IMG/VR virus record: IMGVR_UViG_3300043427_002441
Span: 1-55,132 of that record
Origin: a virus
Lineage: Duplodnaviria; Caudoviricetes
Reading direction: 5' to 3' (one strand)
DNA length: 55,132 bases
Positions 37,739-46,600 of this stretch are shown here, piece by piece (position 1 is the stretch's first letter; every line of letters starts with the position of its first letter). Made by a program: the position numbers and the translations under genes. The notes beneath the pieces are model-generated. The model worked only from the letters and a program-made list of their open reading frames with translations, searched no databases and was not told the DNA's origin.

Positions 37739-38431
37739 TTACTTTCCCCCGTATGCTTTATATCTGGTTCCTTCTGGATTAGACCATTTTCTTTGAGTAA
37801 ATTTACCTGTTGTTTTATTCAACTCACCTGATTTTCCTTTAAGTTTAGCAAGAACTCTCGTAGGTGAAGGAGTATCAAGAGATCCTTTTTTTGCAGCATA
37901 TGGTTTAGATGAATTCACTTGTGATGGAGATGATACTTTAGATCCTCCATAATCTCTGGCAATTCTAGAAACTGAACTTACATAAATGGGAGAAGTTGCA
38001 TACGCACCATGACTTACTTCTTTTGATCCAGGAATTCTTTGTCCTCCAGGTATCTGCAGTCTAGTTGCAGCATCTTCAACGTCTTTAGAACCTCTAGTTT
38101 TATAGCTCCACTTATTAATTCTATCAGCAATAGAAGAATCTAAACTATCATAATCCTTAAATTTTGCTGAAGTATTATATCTACCACTTGCACCATACTC
38201 AAAAGTACCTTTTGATGTTCCTTTTTCGTTTGAACTTGCTTTTTGTCCAAAATAATTCCAAGAACCACTTGGACTTTTACCCCAACCTGTTTCTAAGGCA
38301 CCTTGAGCAGCAATAAGATTAGATTCAACGTCAGTTGCTCCCTGTCTTTTTGCTCTTGTTTTTATGTCATTAAAAAACTGCTGCTCTCTGCTACTTTGAG
38401 CTTCTGAAACAAATTGACTATAAGGCTTCAT
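37739..38431 (-). CDS. GH73 (FlgJ-type glucosaminidase/muramidase) peptidoglycan hydrolase
   Basis: AQGALETGWG, NYFGQK, FKDYDS, YATSP.Y; CATAAATA late promoter at 38458-38451. Confidence 0.85.
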   Translation of the reverse strand: MKPYSQFVSEAQSSREQQFFNDIKTRAKRQGATDVESNLIAAQGALETGWGKSPSGSWNYFGQKASSNEKGTSKGTFEYGASGRYNTSAKFKDYDSLDSSIADRINKWSYKTRGSKDVEDAATRLQIPGGQRIPGSKEVSHGAYATSPIYVSSVSRIARDYGGSKVSSPSQVNSSKPYAAKKGSLDTPSPTRVLAKLKGKSGELNKTTGKFTQRKWSNPEGTRYKAYGGK

Positions 38432-38458
38432 TATTTCAATACTTTTTAGGTATTTATG

Positions 38459-38719
38459 TTACAGAGGAAGTTTTGCCCTAGAAGTTTTTTTCATAAAGTT
38501 AAGACGAGTTGCGTCCCACTTTAATCTTTCTTTCAAAGGTTTTGAAATTAGTTTCGTAACAGATTCTACTTCAAGACAGTTAATTTCACAATAGTGGCAA
38601 ATTGCATCAATATAATTCATTTTTTCAAGCGCCACAATACTCTCAATTTCCAAAGCGAATTTGGAAGGAGTTAAAAACTTGCTCTCTATTGCTTGTTCTA
38701 GTTCTTTATTTGGTTCCAT
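38459..38719 (-). CDS. gp33: late transcription coactivator gp33
   Basis: start corrected to MEPNKEL; F..EIE..V....NYIDAI..YCE...E.ESV.KLISKPLKE.LK..A..LNF. Confidence 0.85.
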   Translation of the reverse strand: MEPNKELEQAIESKFLTPSKFALEIESIVALEKMNYIDAICHYCEINCLEVESVTKLISKPLKERLKWDATRLNFMKKTSRAKLPL

Positions 38720-39386
38720 ACAGTTCCAGTCTATGTCTAACAAACTCTCTAATGTATTCGGTGAGTAGTTTGATGTACTTTGATTTGTCATATTCTTCAT
38801 AAACAACGGATTCTCCATTTTCACATGCCATAATGATTACAAGTTTTTTAACTGAAATACCAGTCAGTTCGTAGAGCATACAACCATATGCCATACACTG
38901 AACAAAATAATGTTCAATCCACTCTCGTGGTTTTGGTTTTTTAGATGTTTTAAAATCGATTATCGCTAGTTCGCCATCAAACTCGGCAATACAATCTACG
39001 GTTCCAGCTATTCCAAGAACTTTGCTGTATAAGGAACCTTCAAGAGCATGAATATTATTTATACGATTTAAATCCTTCTTCGCAATTTTAAATAAAAATT
39101 CTGACAGTGGTTGAACTTTCGGAAGATCCTCATTCTTCATATGATGCTCAACCAGAAGGTGCATATCAGTTCCACGACTGGTTGCCTGTCTGGTAATTTT
39201 GTCTGCCTGCTCTTCACCAACTCTTTTACGCCAGTCCGCAAAGAACTGGCGGTTTTTATGACTTGTAACAGAAGTAATTGATACAAGTTTCAGAAGTTGT
39301 TCTTCATCTGGAACTTTATAATATCGAATACCATCTATAGTTTCTCTCTCAAGAAGAGGGAGATTCAATTCAACATGTTTGAACAT
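38706..39386 (-). CDS. PD-(D/E)XK exonuclease
   Basis: SITSV, RGTDMH, AGTVDCIAE, IIDFKTS, Q..AY. Confidence 0.85.
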   Translation of the reverse strand: MFKHVELNLPLLERETIDGIRYYKVPDEEQLLKLVSITSVTSHKNRQFFADWRKRVGEEQADKITRQATSRGTDMHLLVEHHMKNEDLPKVQPLSEFLFKIAKKDLNRINNIHALEGSLYSKVLGIAGTVDCIAEFDGELAIIDFKTSKKPKPREWIEHYFVQCMAYGCMLYELTGISVKKLVIIMACENGESVVYEEYDKSKYIKLLTEYIREFVRHRLELYGTK

Positions 39387-40144
39387 TAAAATCCTGCGTC
39401 GATTTTTGCTAAAATATATTCTTTGACAAGTCCAGAACGAACAATATCATCGACTCCAAACTCAATTATATCAAAAGAAGGCATTTTACGCAAGATGGAC
39501 ATAAAATCTATGATTCCATTTCTTTCATTTGTTTTCTGCAAGTCGGATTGAGTTGCATCCCCACAGAAACAGATTTTTGTATTTTCACCAACACGAGTAA
39601 TAATCGAATCTAATTCGTGGAAATTGAGGTTTTGAAATTCATCAACAATAATGATTGAATTATCAAGTGTAGTTCCACGAAGGAAAGAAGTACTCCAAAA
39701 CTTAATTGTTTCCTGTGCCTTCAAATTACCATAAAGCATTTCAAATTCAGAGTCCGTAGGCATCTGAAACATATACTTCACCATATTCTTATAAGGAATC
39801 TGGTAAATATCTGCTTTATCGTCATGTGTTCCAGGAAGAAAACCAATTTCTCTTGTAGCAACTAAGGAACGGACAATATAAACTCTCTCATAAGGAGTTC
39901 TTTCCTCAAGAACATCACAAAGAGCATTATAGAGAGTGATAAATGTTTTTCCTGTTCCAGCGCAACCATAAGCAACGATATGCTTTCCCTTACTATATGA
40001 ATTATAGAGTTTTTGTTGATTTTCAGTAAGTGGTTCAATATCAACCAAAAAATCACTACTTAGCGGTTTTTTACGCTTCATTTGCTTTGCAGTTAGACCA
40101 ACACCAATTGGTTGATCGACAGTACCTCTTTTTCTTCTTGCCAT
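39386..40144 (-). CDS. phoH: PhoH-family ATPase
   Basis: GCAGTGKTF, IGFLPG, LRGTTL, DEFQN, GD..QSD. Confidence 0.95.
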   Translation of the reverse strand: MARRKRGTVDQPIGVGLTAKQMKRKKPLSSDFLVDIEPLTENQQKLYNSYSKGKHIVAYGCAGTGKTFITLYNALCDVLEERTPYERVYIVRSLVATREIGFLPGTHDDKADIYQIPYKNMVKYMFQMPTDSEFEMLYGNLKAQETIKFWSTSFLRGTTLDNSIIIVDEFQNLNFHELDSIITRVGENTKICFCGDATQSDLQKTNERNGIIDFMSILRKMPSFDIIEFGVDDIVRSGLVKEYILAKIDAGF

Positions 40145-40150
40145 AAGTGT

Positions 40151-40399
40151 TTAGATTTTTTTAACTTTTGAACCGGGCATTTTGGCGGCACGACCTAGGA
40201 CATCGTTCCAACCAGGATTTCTTGCAACCAGTTTATCTTTCCACTCACCAACTTCTCCTGGAGAAGGGCAAGTAGAAGGATCAGACCAATCACGAATCCA
40301 TTCGGGATTATCATTTTTCCACTGATCCCAGTCGTGGATGCTCATCTCCACTTCTTTCTGTTCACCAGTGACTTTATTCACTACGGGATAAGTTGCCAT
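40151..40399 (-). CDS. conserved cyanophage hypothetical protein
   Basis: MATYPVVNKVTGEQKE...GWNDVL; typical neighbour of phoH; CTAAATA at 40428-40422. Confidence 0.75.
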   Translation of the reverse strand: MATYPVVNKVTGEQKEVEMSIHDWDQWKNDNPEWIRDWSDPSTCPSPGEVGEWKDKLVARNPGWNDVLGRAAKMPGSKVKKI

Positions 40400-40424
40400 A
40401 AGTTACGAATTCAAGATAATTTAT

Positions 40425-41060
40425 TTAGACCCATTCCAGGGCTTCTGCCACTGATGGAAATTGTTCGGTAAATACTTTCTTACATTCCAGAGCAATATCC
40501 ATGTGTTCTTTTTGAGTTCCGTTTGCCGAACGAAGATTAATGTAGTGAATCCAACTACGACAGGAACCACTCATATAGATGCGTGTAGGCGTTGCCAGGG
40601 GCAGTACAAACCTTGCACACTCCTTTGCCACTCCCTTTTCTAGGAGACGATTGTAGAGGTTCATGGATGCCTTAAAATGTGCTGCGATTTCTCCTTGCAA
40701 TCCAAGTTTCACATAATCACCAAGGTCATCAATAGAATTTTGGCGGTTCTTTGTATCCTGCCTACGCAAATCTGGAATAGGAATATGATCCATTAGAAGA
40801 TTCGTATCTGCATAACGTTGCGAAAATTCCTGGTATGTGAAAGACCTATGACGCAAAATTTGAGCAGCAATTCCTCTTGTAGTTTCAATCTCAAGAGTCA
40901 TAAAAGATTGTTCAAACACAGACCAATGATTATGCTTAATGCAATAACGCAATAGCCCTGCATAGTTCTCATTATCCTGGTTACTAGGATTAGACACTCT
41001 AGCAACGTATGCCATTGTCTGCTCTGCATCTGGAGTAATTGAAATAAGTTTTACTGTCAT
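40425..41060 (-). CDS. thyX: FAD-dependent thymidylate synthase
   Basis: HWSVFEQ, QILRHRSFTYQEFSQRY, ECARFVLP, LR. Confidence 0.95.
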   Translation of the reverse strand: MTVKLISITPDAEQTMAYVARVSNPSNQDNENYAGLLRYCIKHNHWSVFEQSFMTLEIETTRGIAAQILRHRSFTYQEFSQRYADTNLLMDHIPIPDLRRQDTKNRQNSIDDLGDYVKLGLQGEIAAHFKASMNLYNRLLEKGVAKECARFVLPLATPTRIYMSGSCRSWIHYINLRSANGTQKEHMDIALECKKVFTEQFPSVAEALEWV

Positions 41061-41227
41061 TTTTTTCCAAATCCTTTTGATGTTTTTGCTTCAATATCTG
41101 CGAGTTCTTCTTTTACAACTCGTAATTGTGCTTTAATCTTCTTTAGTTCTTCATCACTGTATAAATGCTCTTGTTTGAGCAATCTGTTCAACAACCTAAT
41201 AAGTTTTTTTGCTCTATCAGTCTGCAT
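41057..41227 (-). CDS. hypothetical coiled-coil protein
   Basis: MQTDRAKK...KGFGKK. Confidence 0.65.
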   Translation of the reverse strand: MQTDRAKKLIRLLNRLLKQEHLYSDEELKKIKAQLRVVKEELADIEAKTSKGFGKK

Positions 41228-41378
41228 AACCGTCATCATCTTCAAAAATTTCGTCGTAATCTGTTATTCCTTGTTTGGGTGCCTTATAAGCATTAACATC
41301 AGAATAAATTTCTGCCTTTAAAGAATCTACAAGCAACTCTAGATTACGGACAATAAGTTTTAATTTGTCTTTGTCCAT
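41217..41378 (-). CDS. hypothetical protein, 53 aa (not in ORF track)
   Basis: MDKDKLKLIVRNLELLVDSLKAEIYSDV...DYDEIFEDDDGYAD*. Confidence 0.7.
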   Translation of the reverse strand: MDKDKLKLIVRNLELLVDSLKAEIYSDVNAYKAPKQGITDYDEIFEDDDGYAD

Positions 41379-41408
41379 ACTTTATAGTTCTCTTCAGTCA
41401 TTTTACAT

Positions 41409-41435
41409 AAAAAAAGGGGGGAAGTCAATCCCCCC
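41409..41435 (-). terminator. intrinsic terminator after the riboswitch operon
   Basis: GGGGGGA-TTGACT-TCCCCCC followed by a T run. Confidence 0.75.
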
Positions 41436-41442
41436 TGGTTTA

Positions 41443-41544
41443 TTAAGCAACTTGTGGTTGTTTTGCCATATTAATTTGTGCAATATGGAGAAGTTTTTCT
41501 TTCTTTGCTTTTTTCTTAAGATAACGAACGAAGTAAGTATTCAT
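41443..41544 (-). CDS. small basic peptide, 33 aa (not in ORF track)
   Basis: MNTYFVRYLKKKAKKEKLLHIAQINMAKQPQVA*; ATGA-coupled to DUF4278 gene. Confidence 0.55.
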   Translation of the reverse strand: MNTYFVRYLKKKAKKEKLLHIAQINMAKQPQVA

Positions 41545-41699
41545 TTTGCCACCTCGCTATTATTGCAAGGACGGTATGCTAATCCTCTATATGTATTTTG
41601 AGGATGAGCAGGGGCATGAGTCCTGTTATACCAAGAAACATACTCTTTCTTTGCATCTTCGGTGTCGTATGAGCACCCTCTATAAACAACTTTTGACAT
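41541..41699 (-). CDS. DUF4278-family small protein, 52 aa (not in ORF track)
   Basis: two YRG-x-x-Y motifs (VYRGCSY, TYRGLAY); strong AAGGAG RBS; downstream of glutamine riboswitch. Confidence 0.8.
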   Translation of the reverse strand: MSKVVYRGCSYDTEDAKKEYVSWYNRTHAPAHPQNTYRGLAYRPCNNSEVAK

Positions 41700-41730
41700 T
41701 AGGTTTTCTCCTTAGTTTTTTAGGTTAAAG

Positions 41731-41829
41731 AGCGTTCCTTCAGTCGGCTTTTGCGTTCGCTATTTGCGAATAGCGAATGAACGATCCGTTCCGAGTCGGC
41801 TTACTTCCGTCCCATATGGGATGAACGTT
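41731..41829 (-). ncRNA. tandem glutamine riboswitch (glnA RNA motif)
   Basis: two units: CGTTCA-hairpin-CGGAAGTAAGCCGACTCGGAACG and CGTTCA-hairpin-CGCAAAAGCCGACTGAAGGAACG, matching my recollection of the glnA motif. Confidence 0.85.
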
Positions 41830-41835
41830 AGGGGA

Positions 41836-41888
41836 ATTATACCCCTAGTCAAGGTATATAGTCAAATAATTTTGTAACATATGTTACA
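41836..41888 (-). promoter_or_regulatory. sigma70-type promoter with upstream NtcA-consensus palindrome
   Basis: TTGACT-18 nt-TATAAT; TGTA-ACATATGT-TACA at 41873-41888. Confidence 0.65.
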
Positions 41889-41910
41889 ATTTTAAAAAAT
41901 CTTAAAGGGC

Positions 41911-41940
41911 AAAAAAATACCCGAAAATTTTTCCGGGCAT
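41911..41940 (-). terminator. terminator insulating the riboswitch unit from upstream genes
   Basis: TGCCCGGA...TTCGGGTA stem followed by T7. Confidence 0.6.
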
Positions 41941-41948
41941 CTGGGTAA

Positions 41949-42296
41949 TTATTTTCTCTTTTTTGATTTGGGGGGTTCGCATCCCCAAATCTTTGGACTT
42001 ATTCTACCGTATCCCCAATCAATACTCTTAATCACATCACCTAAATTATCATAATACATATCAAAAATATTAACTCTCTTTGATGACCTAGTTAAATCAT
42101 AACAGACCTTACCGTTATGAACATAGGTTACAATATAAGCGTCATTAGGAACTTGCTTGTCCTTCGCTTCTTCTAATGTGCAATTGTGTTTTAAAATCTC
42201 GCATCCATAACGAGATCTAAAAGTTTCTCTTTCTTGAGGACTCCAAGTTTCTAAACTTTTTTCTCTACTGGATGCCGAATCTTCTGTTTGGGGCAT
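41949..42296 (-). CDS. conserved cyanophage hypothetical protein (start uncertain)
   Basis: VP.DAYIVTY...DLTR...IFD.YYD...WGYG..SPKIWG. Confidence 0.65.
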   Translation of the reverse strand: MPQTEDSASSREKSLETWSPQERETFRSRYGCEILKHNCTLEEAKDKQVPNDAYIVTYVHNGKVCYDLTRSSKRVNIFDMYYDNLGDVIKSIDWGYGRISPKIWGCEPPKSKKRK

Positions 42297-42345
42297 CTTT
42301 TCTTTTACTAATTTTTTCTCCAAAATTATAATCTCCAAAAATAAT

Positions 42346-42945
42346 TTAACTTCTGTTACCCCACTGAATATCTGGGTAAGCTTCACTTACAATTTCTTTT
42401 GTGACGTTATACTTCGTCTGTAGTTTTTTATCTTTAATCAAACAAAGAATCTCAGCTTCAAGAGGATGAAGACCCTCTAGAACATTAATGAACATTGATT
42501 CTCTACGAATTTTACTCAGGGAATCATTACCACCTTTCAGGAAATGATAAAAGTTCTTCCATTCTCTACGAATAGTTGTTCTACCATCACCATCACTACT
42601 TCCAAGAGAAAAAGATCCGTTCTCATGCATTTTACGAACTTCTTCGTCAATTTTAGTGGTCAAAGTTCCACTATACGATGTCTGTTCAGAATATCCAGAA
42701 TAAGGAACTTCACCATCAGGAAGCAATGAGATAATACTTTCATCAAAATTCCAAATAAGAACAGCCTTCAAAGAAGGCTCTTCATATTTTTTAAGAACTT
42801 CAACTTTTTTTACATTCGTCTTTTGTTTAGATACAAGATGTAGAACTTCAAAAATAAAAGGATTGTTCGGTAGATTTAAACTACCAACAGAAACAACCCT
42901 TTTTGTTGTCTTTGCACTAGTCTTCGGTTTCGTCGTCGTAGTCAT
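42346..42945 (-). CDS. conserved T4-like hypothetical protein
   Basis: LIWNFD....LP.GEVPY...RRESMFI..LEGLHP.EAE....KDK.L. Confidence 0.75.
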   Translation of the reverse strand: MTTTTKPKTSAKTTKRVVSVGSLNLPNNPFIFEVLHLVSKQKTNVKKVEVLKKYEEPSLKAVLIWNFDESIISLLPDGEVPYSGYSEQTSYSGTLTTKIDEEVRKMHENGSFSLGSSDGDGRTTIRREWKNFYHFLKGGNDSLSKIRRESMFINVLEGLHPLEAEILCLIKDKKLQTKYNVTKEIVSEAYPDIQWGNRS

Positions 42946-43138
42946 AATCGTTTTCAAATCGTACTGCTAAAATTTCATCGGGGATAATATTTCCGTTCTC
43001 ATCATACATTTCGGGATGAAATCTTGGAATTTCTTGGTGATTCATCATATACTCCCGAGCAACCCATCCAGTTAGAACTCCCACAATAAGAAATAAGACA
43101 GTTAAAAATGATCCAAAAACTAAACTTACTGCTACCAT
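42917..43138 (-). CDS. small membrane protein
   Basis: TM helix then HPEMYDENGN..PDE..A.RFE. Confidence 0.7.
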   Translation of the reverse strand: MVAVSLVFGSFLTVLFLIVGVLTGWVAREYMMNHQEIPRFHPEMYDENGNIIPDEILAVRFENDYDYDDETED

Positions 43139-43163
43139 TTTTCCTCTCCTTATGGGAAGTTTA

Positions 43164-43346
43164 CTACTTTTTTATGTCCAAAGAAAATTCAAAATATACT
43201 GTTAATTTTCTTTTAAATATACAAATTAACTTTTCAAATATTATATGGAAATCCTTAGGTTGCTTTTGTTTTTTACCTCCCCTTAAAATAAATTCAAACC
43301 CACGATTGATATCGTAGTTACTTTTATTTATCGGCAAATTAGACAA
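43164..43346 (-). CDS. hypothetical protein
   Basis: 60 aa; INRGFE motif; coupled to glutaredoxin. Confidence 0.55.
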   Translation of the reverse strand: MSNLPINKSNYDINRGFEFILRGGKKQKQPKDFHIIFEKLICIFKRKLTVYFEFSLDIKK

Positions 43347-43575
43347 TAGAATTCTCCTTCAGATATTTAATCGTATCTATACACCCACCAAGATTTTTAC
43401 CATCCATAATAACCTGTGGAAAAGTAGTTCCATGACCAAATTTTTCATAAAATTCTTCTCTGGTAAAATTTTCATCCAGAGAAAGAACTTTAAAATTTAA
43501 TTTAGATAATTCTAAAACTTGCTTCACATTCACACAATATGGGCAACCCTCTTTTGAATAAACTATAAATTCCAT
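43339..43575 (-). CDS. nrdC: glutaredoxin
   Basis: CPYC, TFPQV, GG..D; promoter TTGACT-17-TATAAT at 43628-43600. Confidence 0.9.
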   Translation of the reverse strand: MEFIVYSKEGCPYCVNVKQVLELSKLNFKVLSLDENFTREEFYEKFGHGTTFPQVIMDGKNLGGCIDTIKYLKENSIV

Positions 43576-43630
43576 AGTGTCTTAATTAAAATAATTTATA
43601 TTATAGCAATTTAAATCCCAAAAGTCAATC

Positions 43631-46600
43631 TTAAAATCCAAGATGCTTCTTACGAACAAAATCCAAATCATAAGTTGTATAAGTAACAGGTAGATTAGGA
43701 TTGTTGAAAGGATATTCCCAAGGTTGATAATCCCAATCATCACCCATAATTACCACCCAAGACTCACCCCATTTGTGTGCTATGTAATCAACTTCGTTTA
43801 AAACTCTGGAGTGATGTAATTTATCGTGAAGTTCGGGTTCTATTTTTGAAGTTTGTGAACCACCTTCTTTATATCCACCATCTCCATGTAGATAAGATGT
43901 ATTAATTGGTTCCCTCTTGACATTTGCTTTGTCTAAACGTATTAGATAATCACAATCCTCCACATATGCGGGATAGAAATTTTCATCAAAGAGTCCAACT
44001 TTTTGAACAACCCAATCTTTGAGTAAGAATAAATCAAAGTATCCGACCATTCCAATTTCTGGGTCTTCAGATTTTTCAACCATCTCTCTCAATAACCCTG
44101 GTGAGAAACAAACATCATGACTAGCAATAATCCAATAAGGTTCAAGCATATAAGATTTGATAATCAAATTCCATGCACCAGAGCATCCAATGTTTGAAGG
44201 AAGATGGCAAACCTTAATGTTCTTAATAAACTTATGATTTTCCTGGCAAATACTCTCCAATTCCTCAGTGATTTGTCCACGACCATTGTTATTAAAGATA
44301 ATAAGATCTTTGACAGGATAATCAACACTGTCGATTAATCTTCTCAACCAATGTACACCATTAACAATTGGAACACCTATAACTGGTATTTCTTTCACAC
44401 TTTTAGATGCCTCAATCTCAGCATTCAATTCATCCAAATTAACACCAATATGTTTAAGATTGTTATCAACCAAAATATTAAATTGTGAGTTCATCTGATG
44501 ATTTTTTTTCAGGTCTATAAAAATTTCCTTTGACTCATCAACTTTTCCCCACCACCAACCAGATAGAGCCTTTTCAAATAGAAGACCATACTTTCCAGGA
44601 TACTCAACATCAGTTCTTAGTGGCGGTTGATTAAAATCACAGTACAAAAGAGCAAGATGAGCATTTAAATAACAATCTTGCCACCATGATCTCTGCTCTG
44701 CATATCGACTTAGAAGAAAATATGCTTCTGGTCTGTCTGGTCTAAATGCCTGTGCTTGGAATAACATTCCTCTTGAACTTCCATCTCGTTCTCCTTGTTT
44801 TGAGTAGCAAAAAGATCCACGAATGATTGCTTCATAGGCAAGGTCTTTGTCTTCAGACCTTTCTGCACAACGCAAATAATATGAAAGAGCAGGAGCATTA
44901 TGTCCTTTAGATTCATACCATAGTCCAAGATTAAAATTGTTTTCTGCATTTTCAACATCTTCAGAAAACGCTTTCAAAAGATTTTCAAACTCAGATTGGT
45001 CATCTGAAGTATCGTCAAACGGTAATAGAAACTCTTTTACTCTTGGTAAATCAAAAATAATCTGAGGTAAATCCTGCACAGGATAAAACTTCATTATAAA
45101 GTCACTCATTCCCGATGGACAAACTTGACCTTCAGTTCTAGTGTAATTGAGCATGAAATTTTTCATCTCATTGCTTGCATAATTTTTATGAGATAATGAG
45201 TCAATAACCTGGTCAGCATGACAAAATGATTTTGCCTTTGTCAGTCTATTCTCGTTTGTACCCATCCAACTAAAGTGCCACCCCAAACCTTTCATCATCT
45301 GTCCATTTTCATATGGCCAAACGATTGGATAAGGATTATATGTATCTGCACGAACTTCGGTAAATCCTACATTAGATGCTTGTTCTTTTGTACAAAGGAA
45401 TAAAGAAAATCTCCAATCCCTAGGTTCACCAGTATCTTTATGGTACGCTCTCATGTCAGCACTACCCTCAAGATGAACAAGATCAATTTTAAAAATATTC
45501 TTAGGATGACTTATTACCAAGTCACGCAGCATCGGAATGTACGTTGGATTTAAAATTTCATCGCAGTCAGACACAATAAACATTGTGTCTTCATCAAAAT
45601 TATTTGTTTGTAAGCACTTTGCAAGAGCATTTCTTTGAACCTTTTCCCGTGATTCACGGGCAGGATTTTTATCCCAAACTTTTTCATAGGGGGTTGCTGG
45701 TCCTAATGCAGCATCAGAAAGGTCAACCTCAATAACTTCAATAATATCTTCAGGAAGACCAAGTTCTTTTATTGTCTTCTTAAGAGTATAATCTTTTGGA
45801 ATTCCACTATGAGTGTGATTCGCATCAGTAATTACAAACTTATCCACATGATCTTTTAAAAGATTAATTCTCAGTTCAAGAATTTCTTTTTCATTAAAGT
45901 ATGGAAAACAATCAACTACTTTTTTCTTTTTAGTAGGAATTTTTGCCTTAACTGTAAATGCTTTTGCCATAATTTCATCTATAGATTTAGTGTTTTTTTG
46001 CCACAATTCCAGAACACGATTGTGAGTGTAGTAATGATTTTTCTTTTGACCGTCCTTTACATCACCATCATTTCCTTCAAATGTAGATTGAAATTTCGTA
46101 TCTTCTACAAATAATGGAACAGTATAAACGTTACCAGTGAAAAGAATCGTCTCTATCAATGGTTGAACATCTGGGTTCTCACATTCAAGATGATATGAAT
46201 CTTTTCTGATATGCCTATCAATAAGTTTTTTGGCATGGGATCTTTTTATAATATAAGCCGTGACAGACCAATCATCCCAATACCTATTTCTTAAACAAAG
46301 ATTATCAAATTCTCCACGGATACACATTAATTGAACACATTCCCAATCATCAGGCAAGCGTTCTATAAAGTCACCCCAAGTAAAGTTCCAATATTCAACT
46401 GTCTCTAAACTCAAATCATCTTCACAGAAAAATCCATACTCTTCATTTGTACTATTATACCACTCCTTTATAGATTTTAAATGAGATACGGCACATCCTT
46501 TTGTACCATCGTTTAAAGTATGAACATAAGGACCAGTTACAACATCATTAGACTCACTGAATCTTTTTGAAATAACTGGATTTGGAATAATTCCATACTT

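Noticed and set aside
38720-38824. N-terminal extension of gp33
   Set aside because: Overlaps the exonuclease; gp33 similarity begins at MEPNKEL
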